Below are positions 12,101 through 25,013 of a stretch of DNA of 64,000 bases, in pieces. Each line of letters starts with the position of its first letter. The first letter of the stretch is position 1. Source of the DNA: Chlorokybus atmophyticus (lineage: Eukaryota; Plantae; Mesostigma and Chlorokybus algae); assembly GCA_009103225.1 (NCBI GenBank), contig RHPI01001819.1:1-64000 (forward strand), read 5' to 3'. The notes beneath the pieces are model-generated. The model saw nothing but the letters and a program-made list of their open reading frames with translations, searched no databases and was not told the origin of the DNA. The position numbers were made by a program, and so were the translations under genes.

Positions 12101-13388
12101 TGTTAAAGCTATGACCAATAGTGGCACTGTTTCAGGTCACACACAAGTGGTTATAGAAAAGGCTCTATACTGTCCACACCGTTTGGGAGCTGATCAGTGG
12201 GAACAAAAAGCAAAGGCATGCCGGAAGACTCTTGTGAGGTACTGCGCTTCAAGGAAGTTCCCGCCACCGAGCACAAAGGCATTGACAACGGTGCAGCTGT
12301 GCTTTACAGTAGTTGTTGAGCCAACGGCGTGGATCAGCAGGGTTATATTACGAGGGTCGCCACAAGCTTGCTGAACCATCTGATGGTTGGTTTCGTGGCA
12401 CTCTGAGCATTCAAGTCACGTGATTGCCTGCGTTGTGATGCTCAAAGTCAATCTTCGGGATGTTGTGGCAGAATGTGCAGGAAACATCCAGCTTCAGTTT
12501 GCGGCGAGGGTCTCAGAAGCTGCAGTAATGCCACTTCTTTGCACCATGCCAGTACTCAGCGTTTGCAGTGGATACTGTTCCACAGGGTCGTGCATCTTTT
12601 CGTCTTAATGGCGCCATTCCTCTAGATAGTCGTGAGCGATTAGCGGGCAGCTAACTTGGCGCTAAGCCAGGCACCAATACCATGGCACGAGAAGTGGTAA
12701 CATTCTTTGCGAGCCCTGCCGCATCCCCCTCCGCATGGTGTGAAGGCGATTAATCATGTTGCTTGGTCTCGCCCGTGCCCCGATCATTGTCATCTTCATT
12801 GAGTGTGGGATAAGGTGCATCAAACAAGTACTTGCATGTGGGGACAGTCAGGCGCTGAGGAACAGGCATGCCAAGCGCGGCCAACAGTTTATCCACGGCG
12901 GCAATGTTTGTCGGCAATTCCTCCACAACAAGGCTTTGCAACATTAGGTCGCCTATGAGGCTGACGATGTCATCCCGCAATTGCTCCTGTTCGCAAAGAA
13001 CCTCCAAGGCCAGCTTGACCACAGAGTTTATCTGGCTAAAGATGAGCTTCATGATTTCGTTAACAAGAGCAATCTGGACGCCGGAATTCTCAAGGGCTGT
13101 CAGGATCTTTAGGCCGATATCCAACCACTTTTCAGTGGTACACTCCGATGAAGGTTGGCTGGGCTCCAGAGGTTGACTAGGGGAATATATGGTGCCCACT
13201 TGCTTGCGGCAACTGCCGGGTTAAATGCACGCACCCTTGCAACTTCTTCGTCCACCATGTATAATACCAGCTTGTTTAGCCAGCAAGCTATCAACATTAA
13301 TCCACATCACCACGCTGTGAAGGAACACAAGCAAGATACACGCGCACCTGGCTGTGTTCTAGTCCGGACTGGGCAGTGTCAATAAGAT
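9178..13388 (-). mobile_element. CACTA-like element copy B, inverted block carrying a transposase pseudogene
   Basis: Reverse complement of 371-3450 plus an extra N-terminal part (ORF 12750-13199, LPTNIAAVDKLLAALG resembling CACTA LPxSxYEAKKLLxxLG); internal ~528-bp tandem duplication 10047-11101. Confidence 0.75.
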
Positions 13389-13637
13389 CAACATAACCAT
13401 GTAACTATTGCGGTTCTGAGGACAATGCGAGGAGAGGTTAAGTAAAGGAGATTTGCTCATCTTTGGTTAATATACATGTATGAGGTATGCTAGTGCATCC
13501 CACGCTATTTAGGTGGTATTCACACACAAGTATGATAGCGGGAATAAAGTTTCTGAGTTAAGAACTCACATTTCATACCCCATGTGTGCATGCGTGACAT
13601 GCTTTTTGGCGTGCTAAGATGGTGCCGTTCAACCAGT
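13389..13637 (+). repeat. Direct-orientation continuation of copy B
   Basis: Matches ~3452-3706 in the same orientation and starts where the inverted block's homology ends. Confidence 0.85.
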
Positions 13638-14099
13638 ACAAGTTCATCCAAAGTTATCACCTGTGAGACGCAGCAAACGAGCGCATAAGACCCTTTAGTG
13701 CTGCCGCGATGATGAAGGCTATGTGCTTAGTGTGCTGGACGTGCACCCCGACGCCCAATCACCCAACAAATCAGGCCGTCCACCACCATAGCAACTTACA
13801 TGCACATGGACTTGGGTTGATGTGATTCTTACAAACCCGGTGCAATCGGCAGTAGCGATGCATCAATGAGCAAGCACATGCATAACAACATGCTCATAGG
13901 CATAAGTAGCGTCTAAGCAACAGCTTTTGAAACAGCATGTTAGTGAATAGCACATATGTACAGCATATGCACCAAGTCAAATACGGCTAGCATATGAGAG
14001 AAAGGGCTCTGCCATTACTCTACATCAATGTCATCATGTTGACGTAATTCAGCTGCTGTCGGCAAAATAAGCAAAATTTCGTGAGGCTACAACATGTTC

Positions 14100-16981
14100 T
14101 GACCTCCTACTTTCTGCACTGGTTGCATCCGACGTCTACGCCGCAAACTAGTTCTTTGATATGGTCATTTTGCACCACTTCGCCTAGATGCTTCATATTG
14201 CCACCATTGAAAGTGTTACAGAAAATTGAAGAGTCCTCGAAGATAAGCATAGCTGTCTTTGTCTTCAAGTACAAGGACACCACATGGCAGTTTGCAATCA
14301 AAACGTTGCAGAACACACCTAACAAGTGCTGGAGCTGGTTCGTGTCTCTGAAGCGGTCGTCTCCTCGACATGTGGGTCATTTTGACCATATACCTCCTTC
14401 CATGTGTCTCTGTACACATACTCTTCATGATAGCAAGGCAAGAGAAGAGAGGTTTCCGCAACTGGCGAGATTATGAAATCATATTGAGAAGATAGACTAA
14501 ACTCGCCAGACGAATAAGCCTCCTCAGTCTGTTCGCGGCTCACAGTGTACGACTCCGTTTCATTCCACACGGATGGTGGATGCATATGCTGCGCTTCACG
14601 TGTGAATGTGCGCACGTTGGTTAACTGCGAAAAGTCTCCCCCACTCAATTTTTCGCGCTGGTCATTCCATCCGTACACGTTTGTTGTAGTAGAGTAGTTG
14701 CTGGGTGCACCATCAAACGCCTTTGCAACAACTGTTGTAGCACTCTGCACCTGTTGTTGATTGTACAAGTAACTTCAGCTGCACAGTTACTGCAGCAATA
14801 CTAATGACTTACCGTTTGATACGTATCTTTCGCACTTCTGAATCCGTCATCTGCCGTGCTATTGACAACGACACGATGTGCTTCAGAGTAGATTGTTGTG
14901 ACAATCTTGCCAGCTGAAGTCTGCGGCACACAGTATACACCTCAAGTAATCAAACCTGCATTACCAGCATCAAGTGCCTACCCCCCCAACCCCCACCTGT
15001 AAAATAACATTCACAAGCACGCATGCAGGCACCCATCCATCCATCCAAACGAGGATGCAGACGCACCCGCAAGAAGCCCGCAAATGAAGCTTGTTGCAGG
15101 TATTCTCTCGTGGTGATGGCCCCTGACCCAGAGGGTGAACCATAATAGTAGGTTTCGTCGTCTCTGCTTTCCAGCTGGTACGTTGCGAAATGCGCATAGC
15201 GCAATCTCCCTGTCGTGCGCGACGCACCGCGATCACGCCACACATGCAGGTTGGCATCAATCTGGTACGCGCATGAATAGGCAGCGTCTGCAAGGAAGGT
15301 CTCCGTGGCGACGAAAGCAATATGATGGCGCTTGCCATCGGTGAGGGTGCCAACAAACGGCGTGATATCAACCTCAACGCCATACACGACCATCGCGGGG
15401 TTGTCGAACCTAACGTCATCACTCTCGCCCCATGCCACACCTGCCACGCGCCCATCAAGCAGTACGGCTATAGAAAAGGGAGCGAAGGAACCATATGCTG
15501 CCCCCGCATACACTGCCTTGACCTCCAGCACAGCACTCAGAGTGTTGACGGGAGCTTTGAAGGCCACTGTAGGTGACGGCAGTGAGGCATTTGCCACGCA
15601 CAAGCGCGGGTGGAGGGCTTGATGGACGTTACCACTTTTCCACCCTGATATGGGGATGACTAGGTCGGCAACGTCTGGCTTTGGAGTGTCGCCAGCAAGG
15701 TAGTAATGGTACGTCGCCGTGAGCTTGATGTCATAGGGAAAGACCGCACTAGTGCCATCTGGTATATCCGCATACATGCGCAGCTGCCCTGGAAGCTGCA
15801 GCACCGCTGCATACTAGACCACACAAAACCAATTGCAGCTTGCTAGCATGTAATAAAGCAGCACGTCAAAAGCCCTTGAGGCGTGCATACCTTGGTGACG
15901 ACCGCATGGAAGTCATAATAATGGTTTGGTGTGAGCGGATCGTGGTCGATGGGTTTCTGAATAAAGGGAAGGTCGTATGGCTGAAAGTCGCCGGGCCCCG
16001 TCTGAATCTGCTGAGTCGGGGCGGCATCAACGAAGGTGAAAATATCCACACCTGGAGGCGAGGTAGTGTGAGAGGATTGATGGAAAGCTATTTGGGTCAA
16101 TGTCTGACTGATGTTTCGCCTATAAAATGAAACTTGCAAGACACACATGGCAGCCATATGCAGGCGAGCACACACCGCGCAGCCATATGCCAACGGTCAC
16201 AGGAAGAGAGCCGACGTCGGTGCGCGTGTAGTTGACGCTGGCGGTGAGAGTTGTAAGCCCGCACCAGGTGGCTTTCTTGCCATGCTGCACTGCCGTGCAT
16301 GACATCGCCGCTGGCGGTGGCAGATAGGCAACCACACACGACCGCTGCGCATCTCCAACCGCAGCAAGCTGGAAGGAGCATTGTGCCAGCGTGATATTCA
16401 CCGAGCAAGAGCTGCTCGACGCTGGTGGATACGCAAGTGGACGCCGATCAAGGTACCACTCCTGCAGACGAGTTTGTTGTTACAGAACACACGATGCTTG
16501 TGATGTTGCTACTGTAGCAGAAGCTCAAAGATTGGTGAAAACTTCAGATAACGCTGCAGTGTGGTTAGCTTCTTCACACAAGCGTGTTGTAGTGTGTGAG
16601 GCAGCAACTTGACCCTGAATGGCGAGATGACAAGCTGAAACATTATATTATATGCACGGTCGACGCGTACATGCATGTAAGAGAACCGGTATCGTGCACA
16701 TGGAGTCGGAAGCGGCAGCCTGGGGACACAGGCTACTTACGGCTCGTGCCTTGCATGTGATGAGCGACATGCCGCACGCGCGTGCGGGCACGAAGCAAGC
16801 GGCGGCATGACGCAAGACCTCTACCTCCTCAGGTCAATCCAAGCGAGAGAGCAAAGCTGGCCTCATCACTCCACAACCATCCGCTTTCAACCGCGTGCCT
16901 TACCTTGGTGGTGACGGTTGCCGCCGCCGCTGTCGCCGACAAACCCACCAGCAGCAGCAGCAGCAGCAGCAGCTTCGCCAT
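14100..16981 (-). CDS. Secreted peptide-N4-(N-acetyl-beta-glucosaminyl)asparagine amidase A-like (PNGase A) gene, multi-exon
   Basis: Exon 1 16904-16981 encodes the signal peptide MAKLLLLLLLLVGLSATAAAATVTTK|GTAAG. Exon 2 from 16461 encodes ...YLPPP...LTASV...VGIWLRG. Later exons encode VEVDITPFVGTLTDGKRHHI, YQIDANLHVWRD...TTGRL and TSAGKIVTT, all resembling PNGase A. The 3' end is uncertain. Confidence 0.75.
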
Positions 16982-19900
16982 CGCGGTCAGCAGCGCTTCA
17001 CCCCACAGCGCTCAGCAGACAGATGTTCAGAAACGCCGGCGATGGCGAGAAGCTCTGCTGCGACAAAGAGAGAGGATGAAAAAGGACGCTCGCACGGCGC
17101 ACACGGCGTGTTTCTGAGCGCGCCAGGAGCACGAGGCGCAAGAAAGGACTCAGGTGAGCAACAGGGAACCAGGAAACCGACTACTGTCTGCGACAGATTG
17201 CACAGACCCTGTCAGCATGAAGTTTGTCAGCAGCACAGCACAAAGCCTAAACTTGGCTTTGGGTATATGGATGCATCACACACCATGCACCGATCCCCCC
17301 ACACCACACCACACCACCACGTTGCATGCTTCGGTTGGCGCATTGCTTCATTATGCGTGCAGCACATGCAACTCATCTCCACAAAGCCTCACACACGTGT
17401 GCATGCCAGATGCATGCGAATAGTATTTACAGCATTCATCGCACGCAAATGAAAAATGTTAGCAATTACAAACATCAGCATGCATGCACGGAAGTCATAT
17501 ATATGATGCGTAGCATTAACATTGAAGTTTGTGGAAGTCATTTTGTTAAGCATATTGCAACTGGCTTGTAATGTTGCATGTTGTGCGCACGAGGATTAAT
17601 TGACCGCAAATTACATTTGAAAGAGAGGAAAAGGCAGAAAATGGTGCTAACTTGCGCATCAGGAGTGCGCTACATGATTCGATGAGAGGGACTAAAGAGA
17701 GCGCCCACAATTACGCATGCAGAGAGCAATTGAGGAATAAATTTCGAGTAAGACATTATGTAGAACATAACAACCACAGTACGTGAGCAATTAACTTTGC
17801 ACAATCACGCGATGCTTAAATAATTCTTGGGTGAGAGCGACAGGTGTAGATGCAAACAATATTGGTTTACATCCATTGTATAAAGTATGTGATTGTTGTA
17901 TATGCATAGCTGCGAAGGTAACAATGCCAAACACCATAGATGTCAATGATGTTACGAGGTCCTCAATACGCCACCGCCACCTTTCCTCCAATCCGTCCAC
18001 TTGCAACTCATTACGTAAGGAGAGGGCTTACAACCTCCTCCCTTTCAACCCTTACGATAACACTGCCGCCGCCGCCGCCGCCACCGCCACCGCCACCGCC
18101 AGAGCAGCGGGCGGAGCCGATGATTCCCTTGGTTATGGAAACAATTACGTATCATCGCTTCAGCGATAATAAGTTCATAGCTATGCAGGTTACTAATTGC
18201 ATTATCTTAAACACCGTCCCGATGCCAACATTTTTCATATGCTTGTCGATACTACAAAGCTCCTAGCCTGGTTGAAGCATTTGGAAAATCGGGCCATCAT
18301 CGACTATGTTTTATTCACTTGCAGCCGTCAAACTCCGATGTTGACACCGCTCCAATCTGCAGCACTTTTATCCAAGCATGTGAATGCGAATGAGTGGCAT
18401 CGGCAGCCGGCAGAACCATGTAGCGCCTAGTCAACTTAGCCCCTTCCTTCCCACCGACTATGACAAGCAACCGACCATTCCACAACTTAAGGACTACATT
18501 GCCTCTCATGCTAAGCTTAGAGCTAAGGTCGATACAAGGATCTAGCAGCTGTCTGTCGTTAAAGCTCAAGACCCCTTAAAAAAGTTGCTTGAATTAGACT
18601 TGTAGCCGGTCACTGCGTCGCTTTGCTCGGCGAGATCATGCGGAGCTACTGGCTTAAGCATATGCTTAAATTTGCTCCCAACAGTTGTGAGCTTGTGATC
18701 AGTGCTTCATCTAGCATTCCGACTTCTTGCCATTTCGCAAAAATAGCAGGCAGATGTTTATTCTTAACCTTGTTGTCGGTGCTGAGGGCTTCACTACATT
18801 TGCTCGAAAGCAAAAGGAGTGTCTTTTGCGTTGACTCACACAACAACTCTTTAAATGCGCTAACACTCTATTGCTCCGCTTAAGAGGAGCTAGTAAGTAT
18901 GCTGTACCCCATGATAATGGAACTCTCTTATCTCATCAGTACATGGGATCCGATATGTCCGTTATATTGCGCAAGAAATGCAAAACCATAATCTGGACGC
19001 CCAATTTTAAGCGGCGCTAACAGGTTAGCCCGTCAGGACACCTGATCGCTCACCGATGTGTGAAAACCCAAGAAACCCATCCGTGAAGTGTTTTTCGACT
19101 TCCCCTATAACTTTGCTCAGCACTTCGCTATGCTGTAACCATGGAGTTGTTAGGAAAATAATGTGCTTGAGGTCAGAAGTACCAAAAACTTGGCTTAAAT
19201 GAGGCATTGTGTATTTAACACCTTGGCCTACATCATGGAGAGTAAGTTCTACCTTAACGAAATGCATGTAGTGATTTGCGCCATAGGTTAATGGAAGTCT
19301 TATAAGTGGTATGTGTGCGTAATGAATGGCTACCTGCAGGCCTTACAAGCAATTTCCAACAATGAGCAATAGGAAAAGCTGCATACGAGCTATAAAAGGT
19401 TAGCCTGATAATGAACCAGCCATGTATGAAGATGTTGAGGAGGCGGCAAAGGACGAGACTGCAGCGGAAGCTGCAAAGGATGAGGAAGCGAAGGCAGTGG
19501 TGAAAGACTTTGCGGAGGAGCCGCAAAAGACGCTACCGGATATATAGCTGCGTTCATGAACCTCGATTACCTCAGCGATGATAAAGGGGACCCTGAGCTC
19601 GAGGTCACTCTCTCATAGCTTGAGCCCGCTTTTGCAGCGAAATCAAATGCAGCAAAGTCATTCCAAGAGGAGAGGATTGCCACTGTCGTTACTCAAGTGT
19701 ATCTTGCAAAAGCTCTTGAGATCGTTAAGGAGGCCATCAACATCCCCACCTCCCACAAGAAGAATAAATATAATGTGTATTATTAAGTTGCTCTCGCGAC
19801 ACATGGGAGTTGAACACACGATCAATTCGACAAAAGACAGCAACGTGACCATCATTGTGCACGATACAATGATTTCGTGCAAAGCATACAATATACTCGC

Positions 19901-22900
19901 AATGCAATTGTCAATGCGTGTGGCGAATGTGGCGAAATCGGCAGGTTATTTTGCCACGCATTGCTAGGCTATGTTAATGTAGCGTAGCAAATGCCCACCA
20001 CCGACACCGTGCGCAAGGCCGCAGCGCGCGACCTAGGAGTCTGGAGGCAGGAAGCGGCTGAAAGAAATGGACATGTAAATGCTACGACATTTGCAGTCCT
20101 AATGCGTTTGATAACGATGAATTGTTGTGGTTATCACACGACTTACGAAGCTGGGCAACGTGTCTTCGAGTCTCACGCGTCCACTTTTACAAAAAATCTG
20201 AGCTTGCAGCACGATTGTAGCAAATGTTTATCACAAGCACATGTTGCTCATCACGTCGCTTGCTCGAGAACAAATGTTTTGTTTGCAGTGAGTCTCAGCC
20301 GTGGATGAGTGTCCTCATTAAGGCTGTGCTAATAGCATAGGCTTGGCAGGACAGTGCAGAATGCACATCAAACGGCTGAGAGTGCGCGCTCGGCCACGTA
20401 GGTATAGGCGACACGTGGACGGCGTTGCGCAGCCCGGCGCCGTCACTGAGCTGCGGCAGTAGCTAACAGCAGCGGCGGCGGCGGCGGCGGCGCTAAGTGA
20501 GTCGGTTGTGGCGCGCACTTGAGCAAGCACAATGGCGCTTACAGCGCCAAAGAGAACAACCACAAGTGCTGCTGCAGTGGCAGCAGCACTAGTCTTGCCA
20601 TGCACGGCAAGGTTGCCAGCTGCTCGGCCACTGGCTGTTGTCAAAAAGGCCAATACAGATGGCAACGGCGGCACCACGCCAAGCGCAAGGCCTGATGTCA
20701 AGACAGCGCATAAGAGGTGCGCACAGCGTGCTCCCCTCGCGTGCGTCCTCTGACCCATCAAGAGGGGGTAGAAGCAGATAGATTCGTCAGCCTATCAGCT
20801 GGCGAGCTTCAATGCGTAAATGTCTTGCTGAATAAGCGCCTTGTGTTGCAGCCCCAACCCTTCTGCGCGCCGAGCTTAATTGGGAAATGTTTTGCAATTG
20901 CACGTTAACGTTGATCAATTAATGTAATTACATTTACATATAGCAGGTACTCATTGATGCTAAGTGATGACGGGTAACTCATCATCCATTGTCAAATACA
21001 CTTTGCAATGGTAAAACAACGCATGTGTATATGACTGCATATTGATATGCAGCCTACGAAAACAATACAATGGTGCATGACACATGCTATGTTACAAAGT
21101 ACACAATGTATTTAAACGAGATTATATAACATATATACATAAGTCATACAAATGTGTTCAGCAAAAGGCCATGTCCAAGACACGATAAACGCATAAGTTG
21201 AGTATGTGAACAAGTGTAGAGAATATGCAATGCTGTGCATGTGACTCACCATTGCACGTCCCATGCAACATACACTAGCACAATCACAGTCCACCATGGC
21301 AGCAACTTATTTCACCAGTGTGGCACACAGCAGTTAAATGTGTTAGAATTAACATGACTGTGAAATTATCATCACAGAATATTCATGACTATGAGCATAT
21401 GTTAATCGTGCAATTAGAATCAAGAGTGCGATTGAAAGCACCCATGTCGAATCAATACGTCGTACCCCTTGGAGTTGATATAAAACAAGATAAATGCCGC
21501 ATGCCTCATGACATACAAATTGCAATTCATGTGCAGCAATTCAGATAAACTTGTAAATGAGCCAACACGGCAATGTTTGCAACCAACTTGCCAGATCAAT
21601 TGGGACACATTTTATAACAAGAAAGATAGAAATTGGTTTAAAAACACGTAAACCTTAAGGATTTAAGCATACCTGCATCCTTAAATAGGTAAGCTTACTT
21701 AACATACTCATAGTTTTCGACAATGTATACCAACATAATAGAGTTGTTGTTTTCAACTTTGACCAATTCACATTTTTAAAACATCATGTTTCGTCCACGA
21801 ATTGCCCCCGTTTGATCGTGCAACACCCCACATGCTGTGCACGGTTGTGTATGTTGTGTACTTGTGCTAAGTTGTGCTGTCTCAGCATGTGTTTCTCTCT
21901 GTATTCAGTGACCGTCACTTGGTCCATAAATGATGCTTTGTGTGTGTACGCAGAATGATAGTGTATATGACATTTAAAGCGTTTATTGAAACACGCGTAG
22001 GCATGCCACATGCACACAGCAACACCACATCATTGCTATACAAGGTTGTACTTTTATACCACCGGGCTACACAACTATCACACTACTACCACCGCCCATC
22101 CCCGTTAGACATGTATAGGCATGAGGGGACGGTGGACAGCCTGCGGCATAGGCAAGCAATGTGTGACCAATAGCCACAAGCAACACCACCTGCGAAACGC
22201 ACAACCAGCAAGCTAGGTAGCTAGCAGCGGCAGCGAACAGGCCAAGTCAGCTTTAGCACCAGGCACAGCAGGCAGCAACAAGTACGATAGCAGTAGCGCG
22301 CTGGGCCCTCAGCAGCGCGTGAAGGCAGCAAGCAACCTCCGCTCCTCACCTACACAGGAGCGCACAGTGAGCCAGAAGCCGTTGGGCAACTGGACGTTGT
22401 GCCCATCCCATCTTTAAGGACTCCGGACTTTTAGGGTTAGGGCTCGCGAATCCCCCTTTGCTGCGTGCACAGTGCCAAACACAAAAGCATGCCGAGTGCC
22501 TTGCACATGACCTTGCACACTAGCTTAGTATGTTACTTGCATGCACTGCATCAGCATGGAATGTGAACAGACTTAGTTGACAAACACGCCAATACGGGTG
22601 ATGTTTAACAAAACACCAAGCTCTCAACAAGTTAGTATCAGCATACAAGTAACTGCATGCATGTTGACATGTTGTGGTTGTCACCTACACAACGGCCATT
22701 GGTCAACAGCCCAATTGGATTGCGCTATCCTTGGCGAGGCAGCTGCAGCAGCAGACCCCACGGACTCTTCCTCCTCCTCCGCCCACATCACCGCCTCCAC
22801 CCATAACCGCGTCGCACACCCCGCTGCGACTGCGTCGTTAGAATTGGCGCCCATTGGCGCGCAGCATGCATGCGCACAGCATTAGCGTCGCTGTGCCTGG

Positions 22901-23693
22901 CGTCGACTCTCTCCCTAGCTACATTCAATCATGTGCATATGCACCAGCATCAGCTATACTTGGCGGTTATGTATAATGTGGATGTTGTCATGGTGGCTCC
23001 TGGAGATGGAGCCACATCGTGCTATGTAAGTTCTCCAACTACCGAGACAGATGCAGCATGCGCTTAGCATGACGGTGTCTTGGGTTGTGTTTGTGATGTA
23101 TGGTTGCACACAGCGAACGCTTGTGTCATACATGATAGTGTTTGTTGGATGTACCTACATGCGCCACGTGGATTGGCGAAGGAGGCGTGCCATCTGAGCA
23201 TGGCGCAAGTGTATATGACTATGTCAACTGACAGTACAAGTTTAACTCATAACACACCATGGCTCAACTGAAGTAGTCTGCTAGTTGTGGTGAATGACTG
23301 TGTCTGCGTGTGATGATGATTGTGACTTGTAGAAGCTGACAAGTATGGCTGCTGGAAAGCCAAGTACATGATTCTTCATACCTCGCTTGTATCATGGCAT
23401 TGCACTCCCTATAAAACAACCAACCAATGACACAGCAGCAAGACACAGGGCGGGACAAGCAAGCAAAGTGATTTAGGCGCGGGCAAAAGCTAGCTGCATA
23501 CACTAACTACATGCAGTGCGGCGGATGCCCGGGTGGCAAGCAGACAGTTCCTATGTATGATGCAAGAGCAACCCTATCCACATCTACTGTACATAGGTAG
23601 CCATTTACGAGCTGACCTAATGTCATATTTTTCATCTAATCCAACAGGGTTAGGGGGGGAGGACGACCTACAAAACTGTTACCATGGTATGAA

Positions 23694-25013
23694 TCATCCA
23701 CGGCAGATAAGGGGTGCAGCGAACAAGCCACCGTGCACACGGCGGCTGTGAATGTGATGAAACACATCCGGCAAGGGAGGGGTTGGCACTGTATTTGCCG
23801 GCGAGGCGCGCTCAAAACGGGGTGCAGCGTTGTGCTCTCCTAACTGTGGCTCTAGCTGGAACCCCGGAGGCAGCGCCTGTCGAGTCAGCTGCCCGCTGTT
23901 CTTCTTTCGCCCTGCGCAGCGGCAAGCCACAGGGAACCACCTTGCCAGGTAACCCTGCTTGCCTCTCCATGGAGGGAGAGCCAGAGACTGCTCACTGAAA
24001 GACTCTGCAATCTGACAAACCACCAAGGGTTAGTCGATTGGATATCACCAAGAATCAGTCGATGGAACATCTGGCATACCACAACCAACAACAAAATACA
24101 AAACTCTGCAAGCTGAGAAGCAAGCAGTTATGCACCTGTTCAGCCAGAAATGTGACAACGCTGCGGAGCTGCTTGCGATCTCCAATGAAAATCTCAGGCA
24201 AAATCTCGAGAATGCGCTGGTAGCCCAGTGCAGGCCGTGCAACAGCAAACTGCTGGCGCAGGTTGACGTCAATGATAATGGGTGCTTGTGTGGGATGGGT
24301 GTAGGCACTCTCCCCAGCGCAGCCATCAACCTCCAGGAAGGTGTGGTTGTGGGTCCCCTGGCAGTAGCAGTTGGCCGCCGTTGACACCAGCTTGACCAAA
24401 TAGCCATACTGCGCCCAAAGCGCTGTGGCGAGCTGCTGCAAGTCAACTGACTCGGAGGCAAGGCTGTCCACAGCTTCGTGAACATCACCAAGCAGCTGCA
24501 AAAACACAGATCGCACGACAGATCGTCAGTAAAACAGCTGACACTGGCAACTCCCAGGCAATCTATATGTAATGTGGGATGGGAGCTGGCATCCAAAGGA
24601 CAGTGAGAGTGGGCTACCTGCCGAGTGAAGGCGTCTTGGACTTGCAGGTAGCGCTGAAGGGTCTGCACACGTACATTGAGCTGCCGCTGCAGGGCGGCGC
24701 AGGCCTCCTGACCGCAGTCGCAATCGTAGCTGTCGTCCTCATAGGCGAAGAGGTCCTCAAATTCCATGTCGTCAGAGGCAGGGTACTCGGTAGTGACAGC
24801 GTCGCCCATCTCGGACTCCCTGTCATGGTCGTTGGCAGCCGTCCAGGAGCAGCCCAGTGACCGCCCGCACTCGCAGACCATCCTGCCGCTGACGGTGGGT
24901 GCCTCAGCCCCACCGCCTCTGCCTCCCGCTGCTCCCAGCTGCAAATCGACAGCCTCCACGTCGCTGTCCAAGCTGTTCCTGGTCGACCCGCTGCGGTACA
25001 CAGAGCGCCCCAT
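23694..25013 (-). CDS. DUF506 (plant PD-(D/E)XK-like) family protein, 3 exons
   Basis: join(24618-25013, 24136-24495, 23694-24011) with in-phase GT-AG introns; IIIDVNLRQQFAVARP...YQRILEILPEIFIG...LPPWRGKQGYLARW matches the DUF506 signature (DIDFRSEFEIARP...LPYIFVG...PPWRK...KW). Confidence 0.88.

Noticed and set aside
13661-13665. CTGTG as the right terminus of CACTA copy B
   Set aside because: Only a 6-bp match to the left terminus, no subterminal arm, and the flanks (aat vs aga) give no TSD
22431-22442. (TTAGGG)2 as another fusion or healing site
   Set aside because: Only two units and no demonstrable truncated element; it is equally explained as a telo-box (like TTAGGGTTT at ~52970) or chance
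20318-22990. Ala/Leu-rich signal-peptide-like ORF fragments (20318-20761, ~22200-22400, 22870-23067)
   Set aside because: They could be exons, but I could not assemble a gene model or recognise a domain
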